Assembly: GCF_037042905.1 (NCBI RefSeq)
Contig: NC_087245.1
Span: 29,638,001 to 29,702,000 of the forward strand
Length of the DNA stretch: 64,000 nt
Reading direction: 5' to 3'
Source of the DNA: Lytechinus pictus
Taxonomy: Eukaryota
Shown here: piece after piece, positions 13,263 to 27,058 of the stretch
How the letters are laid out: each line of letters opens with the position of its first letter
Numbering within the stretch: position 1 is the first letter of the stretch
The notes under the pieces: model-generated
Told to the model about the DNA's origin: nothing
Database searches by the model: none
What the model saw: only the letters and a program-made list of their open reading frames with translations
Made by a program: the position numbers and the translations under genes

Positions 13263-14191
13263 CAGGGGGTCCAAGCGGATGCACCCCCCCTCGCCCATTG
13301 GTGGCGCAAAAAAAGGGGGGAATGAGAGAAAAAGGAGAATTCGGTGATTTGGGTAAGTATATCAATGATTTTGCTTAGTTGCTTCACACTCGCATTTCTT
13401 GTTCATTGCGTTAATACACAGCTTGTTCTTTATTTTTAAACGTGCTTAAAATGACATTTTCAGATTGAAATATCAACATTTTCAGCTTGCGCTTCGGGTT
13501 TACATCTTTCATTTTTAATGATTACAAAAATGGCATAAAATTTCCAATTTTTCAAATCTAGAAAATGAAGTCTTGCGCTTCGCGCTTGCATTAATTGGTT
13601 ATTGATATAATATGCACGTTCTTTATTTAAAAAACGTGCTTAAATTCCAGTTTTCAGATCGGAATTTAAAACCAACATAGCTCGTGATTCGCACTCATAT
13701 TGTTCATGGGGGGTACACAGCTTTTTCTTTATTCAAATTCATGCCTAAAGTGTCATTCGGCTCGGCACTTCGAGCTTGATGCCTCAATTATTAGAGAATG
13801 ATACTCATCCGTTTTATGATTACCAAAAGTGCTAAGAGATATCTATCCTGTTCATGCTGTTCTTGGTGCTTAGAATATCCAGTTTTCAGGTCATAAGAAA
13901 AAAAAAGTTTTTGATTTGCGAGATATTCACTGCAAAATTCATTTCAGGTTAGTGGGCGCCTGTATATAAGACAATATTAAAAATTATTGAGTTAGGGTAT
14001 GCATCTGGTTTATGATAACACAAAAACTGCTCAAAATATTCAATATTCCATAAATATCCACAAATTTGTACTCACGCTTCGCGCTAGTTATATGTAAGAA
14101 TTAAGCGCCGATCGGAGAAAATAATTATGAATAATTATATTTCTACCCCCCCCCCCCCCCACTCTACTGGCGAAAGCTGGATCCGCCCCGG
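13263..14191. mobile_element. Decayed hAT-like element related to 7732-8821
   Basis: cagggg... / ...ggatccgccccgg ends; 8-bp flanks taataatt/taataact; degenerate gctcgcgcttcgcgc repeats. Confidence 0.65.
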
Positions 14192-16087
14192 TAATAACTT
14201 TTTTTTTTTTTTTTTTATCTTAGATGGATTTTCCTCAATACGTTCACCAATATTTTTTTTTCGCATTTTCAGGTATTTTTACAACAAACTTTACCTCAGG
14301 GCGAACTTCCCCTTTAAACAGTGGAAACAACACTGAACACACAATACTTCTGTATATGTGACGCTAATATTTTTTATTATCTTATTTATTGCATAAAATG
14401 AATCATAAGAGAAAGATTCTTATTGGATTTGGAATAGTCAGGAGCCTATCCAGTATTGTCCATAAGTTATAGGTCCTGCATGGTAGAAACTGCTCAGTGA
14501 TATTCAAATGACGGAGTCGGTGATGTCACTCACTCACCATTATATCTCTTGTATTTCATTTCCGGATTTCATTGTAAAAACGATCTTTCAAGTTTTTGAG
14601 ATTTGACAATAAGGGACTCTTCATCAATCATTGTAGGTTACAACAATTATTGTAATTTACATTTTCAGAGAGAAATTAAACTTTGTTCTTAATGATTATT
14701 AGGAGGAAAAAAATAGTGAATGGGCTACGTCATAAGTTCTCTCAACTGCATGTGTAATTATAAATGTTTTGGGGTAGTTAGGCAAAACTTCGGAATGTAC
14801 ATCAGTTTTTGATGAAATTTGAAACTTTAAGCTTGTTTCATTTTCTCTTTTTTTATTCAAATCAGCTTTTTGTTGGAGAGGATTTCCCCTTTAAAAACTG
14901 AAGTTTATGTACATTTTAGTTTTAATTTAAAAAACAAGTTATTGTAATTCAGAGGCCTAATCAAATAATACGTGCACGAACTGCGAGCTGATTGTTTTAT
15001 ATACAATCATGTCGGTCGGAAATCATTTACATATTTACTTGACAAAAATAATTATGCGAACGCAAATAGCGAGTTTCACCTTTTGATATACAGATCTATG
15101 CAAAGCGCAAACTATTGTTCTTGTATTAACCTAAACAAGGAAAATGATACATTATTATCTAATGACAACATGGAGCGCGAGCTGAAATCCTAATGCAAGC
15201 GCTATATTTCTAAAAACTGACATGGAAAAGAGATTTTATGACTTTGTTTAAAATTCATGAACAAGATAATTCCCTCACTATAAGATAGCAATGGCAGCAC
15301 GACGCACTCGATAAAAGACAACAATGCCAGCGCAGAGCGCAAACTGAATGTTTACATCCTGCACTGATAATGATGCATCATAAAGCTGGAATTTTGGCTA
15401 CCCTACATAAGAAAGATAAACATTGAAAAGGGTTAATATAGAGACCGAATCTAAGACATTGTATATTGCCGAGAAAAATAATAAACTTACAAGCCATTTT
15501 CGGAAATGGAGATTTAAGTTGTAAGACATTCTATCATTATGTAATTAAAGAATATCTTAATATGCCTTCTGAGGATGGAATTTTGTTAATCTCTAATAAT
15601 AGGTAAATCACCTGATTTGCATCCCTCTGTTATTTACATTCTTGCCTTTACTGTACTATTGGGGATGAGGACTTAGAAGAGACAAAGTGACTGCTTTTAC
15701 TACATTATTTATCACTTATTATCTGTTGATAAGCTGTACTTTCCAAGTGTAAACTAATAATGTGTATGCTGCTTTTTTTTCTTTTTTCTTAAAAAAAATT
15801 AATTGTATAGTTTATATGTGATTTGTTACACAAAATCATGAAAACCCAATAAAAACTCTTTTTTTAAAGAAGAGATTTTGTATACTGATCTAAAAAGTGA
15901 ACTTTTAAACCATGTTTTGTAAAAGTGATGAGCGAGAAGCGTGAGCTGAAACTTGGTGATAATATTGACTTGGAAAGGGTAATAATATTTCCCCCACCTC
16001 CTTCATTTCCTTCTTAATCCTCCTCTGACCAGTCGTTTGCATGTTAATTTACCCTTTTTTCTCTTTAAAAAAATCTGGCATAATAAT

Positions 16088-16255
16088 CAGGGGCCGCGGA
16101 AGCGGGGGGGGCTTCAGCCCCCCCCCCCACTTTTTTCCAAAAACGTTAAAAAATGACCACTATGATTGTGATTTTTTGCATGGTCAGCCCCCCCCCCCCC
16201 CCCCACTTTCGGCTCAGCCCCCCCCCCCACTTTGAAAACCGTTCCGCGGCCCCTG
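16088..16255. mobile_element. Short MITE with C-rich internal repeats
   Basis: TIRs caggggccgcggaa / ttccgcggcccctg; flanks taataat/taatact. Confidence 0.8.
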
Positions 16256-16877
16256 TAATACTAATTCGTATAATAGTCCCCCCCCCAAAAAAAAAAAAAA
16301 AAAAAAAACATGGACCTACATGCCAAACCTCGAACGTTTCGAACCCATACTTAGTAACAAACAGCGCCATCTTGTGGCACAAACAGAGGGAGGAATAGAA
16401 AGGAAATTCGGTTCAGCTGAAATTATTAGTTGAGCAATGGCAATTTTAATGATGATGATGTCAAGAATAATAATTTGAAATAATAATTATAACCCCCACA
16501 GTTCAATGTCAATTTAAGCAAAACAAAGGGGGCGGGTAAAAGGAAAGGATAAATGAAACAGGATGACTTTCTGAATATTATATTTAAAAAATCTATCATG
16601 AAATTACATGTATAGTTTTATTTCGATCCGGTCAAAATATTCGCTCACTTGTTTTGGTGACACTTTTTTGAAAATTTTCCCCATATATCATGTTGTTTCC
16701 CCTCAAATGTTTTAATATATAGTGCCACTGATAATAACAATGGAGGGAACAGAGAGAAAGGATAACTGATATCAGCTTAATGTGCAAACACAAAGAAACA
16801 AGGAATACAAAATAAAATGCAAAATATTTTTTTGAGAATATCTTCACGTACAATATGGACAAAGCACATGACTTGTA

Positions 16878-17475
16878 TTAAATAGATACTCCGGGCTGAA
16901 AATGTTTATATCCAAATAATAAATAGATTAAAATTCACAAAGCAAAAATGCTGAAAATTTCATCAAAATCAGATAACAAATAATGAAGTTATTAAAATTT
17001 AAAGTTTAGCAATATTTTCTGAAGACAGGTATATGCACATTATCATGAATATTCATTAGGTGGGTGGATGTTGTCACATCCCCACTTTCCTTTTTCTTTT
17101 GTTATTACAAGAAATCATAATTGTTTCATTTTTTCATACATGTGCAAATGATGTGTCTCCATTATAATGAAATAAGTTGCAGCAATAAACAACTAATGCA
17201 CTTAATCAGCTGTCAATCCAATTGTTTTAGTTCTTGGTAGAAATTTTTTGAATAAACCTAACTTTATATAATAAAATACAAAAGAACAAGTGGGAAATGA
17301 CATCATCAGTTTGATCACTGAATATTCATGAAGACATGCCAAGAACTGTTTTACCGGAATAATGCAAGTCTTTAAAATTCAATAACTTTGTTATTTGCTA
17401 TCCGATTTTGATGAAATTTTCAGCATTTTACTTTGTGAATTTTACTCTATTTATTGGGATATGAATATCTCCAGC
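16878..17475. mobile_element. Long-TIR non-autonomous element, Kolobok-like
   Basis: ~110-bp imperfect TIRs containing gctgaaaatttcatcaaaatc / gattttgatgaaattttcagc; starts at TTAA; relatives at 62341-62973 and partial ones at ~14430-14894 and ~28570-28843. Confidence 0.65.
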
Positions 17476-18134
17476 AGTGGCAGATTTTTTCAGAGAAAAT
17501 GCAAAAGAAAATTCAATGTTTTATCCAATTTCGAAAGACGGAAGAAGATGATTTTACTCCATATGGTGGCACTTGAATTTTAAAGTAACCTTTTTTATGT
17601 TTGTTCTAATGAGTATGCAGACTGTTGTGTGTATGTGTTGTGTGTACGGGGGGGGGGGGGGGGGGTATGGTTAAGACAAAGGGGAGGGCAGACATTCAAC
17701 TGGTGTACAATAAGGGTAATAGGGAGGTATTTGCTGGTTGAATGATGATATAACTGTAATCCCTTTTGAATGTCTAAAACCAATCCCCCCAAAAAAAAAT
17801 TGATAAACAAATAAAAAATAAATAAATGAATGAATGACTGAATGAATAAATGAATGAATGAATAAATAAATAAAATTAATAAAGAAAAAATAATAATTAA
17901 ACAAAAGTAAATAAAAATTAAAAAATCTGAAAATGATGTGTACGAGTTTCATAAATTGTGCTTTGACTTGGGGTATCTTTCCACAATATTTGTCTGTACT
18001 TTAGTGCAACAAATGATTAACTGGATGGTTAAATCTCAATATTTTCTGATTTGGTATGCACAACAGTCATATTTGTATTTTTATTCTATTCTCCTTCACA
18101 TCTTAATTTGTTGTCATGATTGTATACATGTATA

Positions 18135-18140
18135 TTTATT
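18135..18140 (-). terminator. Candidate poly(A) signal AATAAA for a long DYRK4 3' UTR
   Basis: Minus strand reads TTGTACAAAATT-AATAAA-TATACATG, near the end of the TE-poor block; other AATAAA hexamers also exist. Confidence 0.3.
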
Positions 18141-21100
18141 AATTTTGTACAAACAATCCCAGAAAAACCTGGCATGTTTCCTGATTGGGCTCCCCTTTTT
18201 TATTTGTGTTAAAAAAATACATAGATAAAATGAAATAGATATATATTCAGTTGTAACATTTTCAAAGAAAGACCTGAAAATGTGTAGATATTTGACTAAA
18301 TTTGAAAAAAAAAATAAAAAACTTTCAGGGATAGTTTTGAAAACCTGATGACCCCTTAAGAACAATACACAGAAATTTTGAAGGAAAAGACAATTTGTGA
18401 TAAATCTTGTGGTTATTTTGAATGACAAATGTGCTCTCGGGCAATAAGTTGCAAGTATTTCAGTTGCATATTAGGCAAAGTGTCAGTAAAACACTAATGA
18501 GCACTCTGGATTTTATCTGTGTACAGCAGACTGCCCCTACCTAAATTCCAGAATTCTCCTATATGTCAATATGTTACATGAAACATACACATTTATTTTA
18601 ATCTCTTCACTTTGTTATCCATCAACCCACACACACAAGTTCCATGAAAAGCACACTTCCACAACAAATGAAGAAAATTGACATTCAGGAATCTTCAAAA
18701 TATTTCAAATATATATATTTTTGTGAGATTATATATTCTCAGTTAGGATCAGCAAAATAGCAAACCTGCACTTGCAATATGCGGCACAGTAAAACACAAA
18801 ATATCTGCCCTTTTATCCACAAATGTAATATACGTTCATAGAAATCTTTCATGGACTTGAAGCGGAATGTCACAACAAAATATCATAGATCACAAAATAT
18901 ATATATATCAAATATCAGTATTACACAAAAATACAAGGTGAATTATATAAGACTGTACTGGAATACAAACAGATGAAGGTGGATTTCAAAACATGGATGG
19001 AATAATTTAGGAGGCAGTAACTCTCCTTTAACCATGAGGTAATCATCATTGAATGATTTAAAGCTGAATGTGATTCTCTCTACCAGAAACAAGATAATAG
19101 CGTAAATTTGTTGGTAGTTTGCGAGTATATAGAGGTAAACACACTGTATGATTTGTCCAGATTGGAATTTTGTGACACCAAGGAATGAAAATGCATGTAT
19201 GGTTGCCATCAGGAGCAAGGCATCTCGAAATATATATACCTATTTGGTTTACTTGGTGCACTATGTGCAAACAATGAATAATGTTCTTATACAATAGTCT
19301 CAAATACAATTAAAATTTCATGAGACATGTCTATTGGGAGCATAGACATTGTTTATTTGAAAAATGATTGAATGACTGAAGAAAGAAGCTGAGATACTAG
19401 AGAGAAGATAGATAGCATGAGTGAGAGAGAGGGGGGGGGGGAGATAAAAGGGGGATAGAGAGGATAAGAAAAGTAAGAAAGAGGAGTAAAATTAGACAGA
19501 GAGATGAGGGGGAAGAAAACAAAGGGCAGAGGGGGGGGGGGTAAAAAAAGAAGAGGAGGCAAAGGGAAATCTTTTAGCATTCAACAAATTGAGCAATCAA
19601 AATATTAAAAAAATACATATGGGGTGCACATCTGAGTCATACAGTAATCTAGAATGTTCTACTTCAAATGGAAACCCCCAAAAATATGATGGCCTATATC
19701 GTAAAGTATCTAGGAACAATATTCATAGACAATATCACTGTGTATAAGTTTTACATTTATAAAAGGTTTGCAATTTTACTGGCAAATTTTGTTGATTCTG
19801 ATATGGGATAATACATATAAAAGCATCACATTTTGACCCTTTTTTTCTCTTCCCATTTAAAAAAAAAATTGGAGTATGTTTAAGTTTAATATCAGTTTGA
19901 AATGGCAGATTTCACGTTTTTTTTTTCCTAATAGTACAATGCAAATTACATTGAAAAGCAACAATAGTACAGTATTAATATTTTATGAATAAAAAAATGT
20001 GACCATACTCTTGGCCAGTGATTGCTATTAAGAACACCTCATAAAAAGTGAATGATCAATTTAAAAGAAAAGCAGGAAACAAAGAAAGTCTTTTCTGAAC
20101 TGAACACAAAATCTTAAAACATGTTTCAGTTTGATTGAAGTACATTGTATTTACATGTAAAAAAAATGCAAGAACAAAAACTGTGACATGAAATCTTATT
20201 ATGTGACATGTATCTTTTTTTTTTCAAAAACACTCTTTTTTTCACACAAAAATTTGTACATATTGGGCGGTTTAACACTGATAAGGCTTTTTTTAGGCCA
20301 CTGAAGGATAATCGATGCAATAAAATTGCAAAACGAGATATCTCGGTGAAATCCTAATTGTAATACAAATAAATAAAAAACAACAATTATAATGATAATA
20401 ACAAAACATGAATAGGTATCACAATAGTCAGATTGATTTTCAATATCATTTCAACACTGAATCATCAATTTTCCTTTTTTTTGTATTAAAGACATTAAAG
20501 AGTTAAATTGTGCATCTTGGATAAATAACAATAATAAAAAGTCATTTAAATTTGTCACAGACTCTATGTGGAATTACTGAATATACATGTAATAACTTTT
20601 CATGAGTGGCGTGTAAAAATTGGCTGCAAAGAATGAGGCTATTTTAATTGTCTCTAAACTGATCATTCGATTATTTTCCCATTACGTTCATGGAAAATTG
20701 AATCTCGAAACTCCTCTATCAAAGGATTTTTTTTTCATTGCAATGGCATTGCGATAAAATCAGGTAACAAGATCAAGAAAACGAAAAGCTGATCTCTTTC
20801 TTCATTGAATATGTCCTTTGGAAAATAATAATTTATCATAATCAAGTATCCATTCTGGATTAAACAGTAAACAACTAATATCTGCAAATGTGTGTATTTT
20901 TTAATAGAAATATAACACGACTCCCTATTAAACACACAGGACAGTCGTGTTTATAAGAATAAGGTTGGTCATAATACCGAGTCTTACTGAATAATCCACA
21001 AATGAGATAATTAATAAATAATTCATCATATTTTGAAAGTTTGTGAGTACTGCTGAGAGAGAAAAAAAAAATCAAGTAACCTGAAAGTGATACCATGTTT

Positions 21101-24100
21101 CACAGATACTTAAAAAGACATCAAAATGATGGAAAATTTATCAGAAATGTTAGTTTGAGGAATGATTTTAAATCATTCATTTGCATATATTCCAAAGTAT
21201 TAAAAATACTAAGAGTTGACAACTAAAAAGCAAATAAGATCATAAGAACAAAACAAATCATAATCTTCTTTCTCGTTCACAAATTGCACTTGAGTCTCTA
21301 ACAATACTTAGCTACTATACAATTTAAATACTTCAAATAATTTTGTTTTCAACACAAAAGTAAAGCATCACACGAATAACCAACACATAAAAAAATGTTT
21401 GAATTCATTCAATGTTGATACAATATTATAAAGTTTTCTACCTACTGACACCTCTCAAAATCAATTATTGACCCAATTCAAACAGCTTGGTTTGCTGAAA
21501 ATTGTGATAATTATTTTCAAATACGGCATACCCAAGTAAATAAATAAGATCAATATGGCATAATATATAATATGCCAGATATGGCATAATATCATCTTAA
21601 AACCCCCATTATTTTTAGCAGTTTGTGTATGTGCCAATTCGTTGTGACAGTGAGAAAGCATTCAAGCATACAATGAACATACCAATAACTCAAATTTTTG
21701 TGTCATTTGTATTCTATTGCCACTCTAGGGAGAAATATAAAGAAAGAATTACTAGTATCAAATCAGGGTGTGTAGGACTTTGCTTTCAACATTCAAATTC
21801 AAACAGATTGAAATACATTCAAACCATTTAAGTACTATTACGGACAATACAAATTCAAGGAACATATAAGAATGTACATGTAGTAAACATTACAAAAATT
21901 GCAAGGTTTCAATGAGTCAGTATAACAAGTGACATAAAATATCAAATATTTACAAATCAATTGCTATTGTTTTTCTTACATGTAAATTGCAAAAAAAAAA
22001 CATAATACTTTTTCATTCTGAAATAAAATTTGCATAATATTTACATAAATATGCTGGCACTCAATGCTATGTTACATAAATGTACAATTCTGAAATATTA
22101 TTGGCATGAAAATAAAGAGATTTAATTCCTTATTTTCTAAAATGTTGTTCATACATGGCACATGCAACAAGAGAGTGAGAAACATCAGAATAAAATCAAT
22201 GAAAGAAGTTTGCATAAATTAAATTTGTGATAAGTGCTTCGTGATGCATACATACTTTCTGTGAGTAGTGTTGTATTGTGACAAAATTATGAAAGTTTGG
22301 GGGACTTTCACAAAGAGCTAAACCTGATTAAAAATCATGCATAAGTGCCAATGCACACATGATATTCAATGCATTAACTAACTTATTATTATTAATTAAC
22401 TTAACTAATCGATCAATTAATATTCTGGTATAATTAGGTGCTCTTACATTATTTATAGTGGAATATTATATATTAACGATGACTTTTTTTATCAATGTCT
22501 TGTCATTTGTCATCATGTGGCCATAGTAATAAAATACTCTTCCAATTTGATAATTCAGTTAAATAAATTCAAGGTCAATCTCATTCTTATAACTTTAATT
22601 CGATTTCAAATATTCAAAATATTTCAATATCCAAAACAATGGTATAAAAGTAATCCTAAATCCTACTCATTGACTGAATTCCTAGGATTGTGAAATTTGT
22701 GAGTGAAAAATACAAGGCACTTCAATGTAATATTCATAAAGTAACAAACAACATATCTTCCTTTTATTATACTTGCAGCATTACAACTATACAAACACGG
22801 TACATCCTTCTAAAATACACCACAGAAACAATACATGGAGTTGATGCATAGTGCAAGAGATGTGCATTTAAAATTGAGAAAACAGATATAAAAAATCAAA
22901 ATAAAATTTGCTGTTTATCTTACAGATACAATGATATAATAGAGTCTAGCAAATGGCAGGGGTATTTTTGGCTCGTTTGCTGAGGGAAACATTCAAGTCA
23001 AAAGCATGGAATTGAGTTTGTATTACATGCTGATTGGCCTTTTAAAAAAAATTTGTGTAATAGAAAACAATTTTATTGATGCAAGATCATTTTGACAACC
23101 AATATGGGTTCTACCAATAAACTAATTGTTTAGCATTAATAAAGTTATCTTGCATTATGGGAATTGTGTATGAAATTATTTGACATGCCATTGGCCGAAA
23201 AGTCAAAACTTTTTTGGGTCAATCTGTTTTTTTTTTTAATTCTAGGGTAAACTAAAATCTAAAAATCTAACCCTATTAAATACCCTAAACCTATAGCTAA
23301 ATCTTAAAGCTGATCCCAATCCTAGTCTTTGGATCCTGAGACTCAAACCTACGACTCTCCAATTGAAAGACAAGAATCAGAACCACTTGGCTTATCACCT
23401 AACAACTGAAATAATCTCAAGTGAGATGAGAACAATTTTTTGTAATTTGACTGGTTTACAGCTTTGAAAATTGATCTTAGCATACAGTGAATCACCCCTC
23501 CTGGTTTCAAATAAAAAGGTCACCGCCTGATAGAGAAAACACTCATTGCCAAGATATATTTCAGGACTGTGTTAAATTTGAGTAATTCCTTTCTTTTCAA
23601 TAATGACCTGGCCATGTTTACATCATCCTACTAATACTCACCAGTCCCCCCTCCCGCCCCCACCCCCCAAATAATAATGCTGAAGAAAGGCACATCATTT
23701 AATAGGCATCACAGTTTGAGGCACTGCAATATTGATGAAATACTTCATCTTCAAGGTGGTGCATATGCAGTGAAAAACACTGGGGTAAGGAGGGTCAAAT
23801 TGCAGTGATAAATACCTGCCAATAATTTTCTTCAAATAAAAACTCTTATTGTTGCAATTCACATGCCATGGCAAACAGGGCATGAAAAGTTTATATCATT
23901 ATTTTTTTAAAGCATATACCATATCTATTCTTATGTTATTTCCATATACCTTCATATTCAACAATTTATTTAGTAATTTTAAATTAGAATAAAATGTTCT
24001 TACAATTTTACTGGATGGCTTGTATATACACATGTATCTTTGTGAGTGTTTGTATGTCAAATGGAACTGGACTTGTACTGCAAAATAATGTCAGTCTAAA

Positions 24101-24719
24101 TCCGTAAGTGCAAGACATACAGATCTAAGTAGTCATGGACCTACAGTACAGATGTGGTAGGTCCATGATGTAATAATGCTATTAATAAAGACCCCAAGTT
24201 CTGAATATGAAATCTCATTAGAATGAAAGTAAGGTTGAGTCAAGGATACCTCCCTATGTTCTGACCAAAGTATATGTAATATAATGGAAAAATCTTATCC
24301 CATATCCTTGGCCTCATGGTTCCAGGATGCAGTCTCTGATAGGTATCCTAAATGAGGCATTTTGGGTAGTCAGTTCTTGATAGAATGACAACTTCCCATA
24401 ATTTGATGACTGACAATGAAGATAATGCAAAAAGAAGGGGAAAAAATGCTGATGATGTTCGCCACCCAAGCACGTGTGACACCAAATAATAATAATAATG
24501 ATGGTGAAAACATTGGATGAGCTCCTTGAATGGTATCCTCAGGTAGGCACTTGTGATCATGTTCCAATGTTGACTTCGAAATGGAATCTATCTTTCTGTT
24601 TTACATTTGACTTTCAGCTGGAATCTAACTTTAATATGGTCATGATTGGTGGTGATGGTGGTAAATTTTTGAAAATGATGCTGAATGTGCAAAAATGGTA
24701 GGTGTTGTCTTTGACTGGT

Positions 24720-25101
24720 GTCTTCAGATAGGCACTTCTGAACACACCACCCAATCGGAACACGGTGGCTTTCATGTGCAATCAACCTTCAAAGACTAGA
24801 GTGGCACAGATGTCTGATGTCTTCAGATAGGCACTTCTGAACACACCACCCACTCGGAACACGGTGGCTTTCATGTGCAATCAACCTTCAAAGACTGAGT
24901 GGCACAGATGTCTGATGTCTTCAGATAGGCACTTCTGATCACACCACCCACTCGGAACACGGTGGCTTTCATGTGCAATCAACCTTCAAAGACTAGAGTG
25001 GCACAGATGTCTTCAGATAGGCACTCCTGATCACACCACCCACTCAGAACATGATGACTTATTTCATCAATCTTCAATGACTGATGGATGGTACAGATGT
25101 C
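24720..25101. repeat. Tandem minisatellite, ~99-bp unit, about 4 copies
   Basis: tcttcagataggcact...aaccttcaaagactagagtggcacagatg starts at 24721, 24820, 24918 and 25010. Confidence 0.95.
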
Positions 25102-25369
25102 CGAATCGTGATCCTCTGAGCTCAAAGACGAGGTGCATTGGTGCAGGTCTGAAGATATGATCTTCTAGCTTTCTTTTCGTCCTCATGGGCATATGACCCC
25201 ACCCTTTTAAAAGTAGGCACCACCAAGATCATCATATAGGATCCATTCCACTAGACTTCTACAAACTACAGCTCCTAACGAGTCCTCACTGCTGAGCCAA
25301 GCAGTTGTTCCTAGTCTACCTCTAATGAGTCCTCTGCTCTACAACGAGGGTAACAACTGTCCTCCTGTG

Positions 25370-25513
25370 CTATACAATCCTCGGTAAGAATTGGCCGCTT
25401 TGTTTTGTCTCGTTCTTTTCATCGAGTTCTAAGTTTTCAATAATCTTCTCCGAGTCCTCAACCTCGATCACCTCCATGGAGGGGGCTTTATCTTCCGCAA
25501 GAAGTGGCTTGAC
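25370..25513 (-). CDS. DYRK4: DYRK4-like last coding exon (VKPLLAEDKAPSMEVIEVED...QSGQFLPRIV*)
   Basis: ctcacag acceptor, TAG at 25370-25372, C-terminal LPxIV motif. Confidence 0.88.
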   Translation of the reverse strand, partial: VKPLLAEDKAPSMEVIEVEDSEKIIENLELDEKNETKQSGQFLPRIV

Positions 25514-25860
25514 CTGTGAGATTGTCAAATTAAACAGAAAAATATCATAATGATTGCAATGCTTTGTTCGGGTTAAAAAACACCCTTTTAAATCCCTTAA
25601 ACTCACACATTCTTGTATGGTGGCAGATCGTTTAGTGTAGCTGGATCAACCCTTTAAACAAACTGATACAAAATTTTCTTTGCATGATCAAATAGTAAAT
25701 TATAGGCATATATAGGCTCATTTCTTTGTTATATCATGATACGAGTTTGTCTATATTAAAGAATACACAGAGAAGCATCATATTTATTATGCGCAATGTA
25801 ATATATCATTAATATTGTTATCATTATTACCCCTATCTCCAATAAATGTTTTAAACTAAC

Positions 25861-26000
25861 CTTATTAACTGGTTTCTCTGCTGTCAGGTCAACGTTCCCA
25901 AGTTGAATTGGTGGCATGACAAAGTCAGACTTGGTATTTAGATTAGACTTCTCTCTTGAAAGTCGCAATCCATTTTTCTTCACGACTTCTGAGGAATCTT
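25861..26000 (-). CDS. DYRK4: DYRK4-like penultimate exon (EDSSEVVKKNGLRLSREKSNLNTKSDFVMPPIQLGNVDLTAEKPVNK)
   Basis: cttacag / AAG|gttagt; phase 1-0 fits both neighbours. Confidence 0.85.
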
Positions 26001-26450
26001 CTGTAAGCACAGAAAAGACGTACGATATGTAGTATAACATACATTCTAACCATGATATGAATTTGTACCACCCAGTAACTACAACATATTTGGTAACAAA
26101 TTATTTTTCATAGTTGCACTGATAATGCTTGGATGGTCTATTCTGTAATTATCTAAAATTATACTTCGTTTCAATAAAACATCATTGGGGAAGAAGGATT
26201 TACCAGTACCATACTATTCTCAGCAAGTAAGAATCTTCTGTAAGTAAGGAAAAGATGTAAGATATGTAATTTAACTTTTAATATATTGTAATGATGAAAT
26301 TACTTTGTAACACCCAGTAACTATAATATATTTTGTAGCAAATTAATGCTTGGATTGTTTATTTTCTTCTTTATATTATACTTAATTTTGATAAAATATA
26401 ATTAGGGAAAAACAGATTAACCCATTCGAGTACCAAATTATTCTTAGAAA
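25993..26450. repeat. Diverged ~235-bp tandem duplication covering a splice acceptor
   Basis: gaatcttctgtaag at 25994 and 26231; cacccagtaact, taatgcttggat and agtacca..tattct each occur twice in order. Confidence 0.75.
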
Positions 26451-26654
26451 GAAAGTATTAAAACAAATCAAAGCAGACATCATTAAATTGAAATAAAAAG
26501 ATTGATCTAATCAAAGTTTTTTCAGAAGAACTCAGATGCACTCTCATTTACTTCTAATCCTTAATTGGAAAAGGGATTGCAATAAACTATATGCTTGTTC
26601 TTGTCTAAAACAATAACGGAAAAAAAAAAATCTATACAGGGACACTTCACTTAC

Positions 26655-27058
26655 CTGTATTTTCCTTTGTTGAGTTGCTCTGCTTCTCCTTCCTTTCTCT
26701 CACCCTTGCACTGCCCTTGGCGCTCCCTTTAGCGCTGCCCTTGGCCTGGACCACGCCCTTATTCACCGCCGGCAGCTGGAAGACCCCTCCACTTGACCCT
26801 TCACCCTTGACCTCCTGCTCCTTGGATGCCGCTTCCTCCTTCTGCATCTCTCTGAAAGTTTGCTGGTGATGCGTGCTGTGTTGATGCTTGTTTCTATGGT
26901 GATGATGATGGTGGTTGGTGGTGGTGGTGGAGGATGAGGAGGATGCGGTGACGTTGGATGACCGGTGTTTGTCCTTGGATTTGGCGTGTGGGATGCCCTC
27001 TTGGATGAAGGCATGCTGCAAGGCTTGGTCCGGCGATATCCTCTGGGAGGGATCCCAT
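26655..27058 (-). CDS. DYRK4: DYRK4-like exon: end of kinase domain (EWDPSQRISPDQALQHAFI) plus low-complexity tail with Ser/Thr run, His6 and AKGS x3
   Basis: Subdomain XI motif; ttcttag / G|gtaagt; 404 nt, phase 2-1. Confidence 0.93.

Noticed and set aside
24720..25101. Direct repeats as a CRISPR array
   Set aside because: Units are head-to-tail with no unique spacers, there are no cas genes, and the context is eukaryotic.
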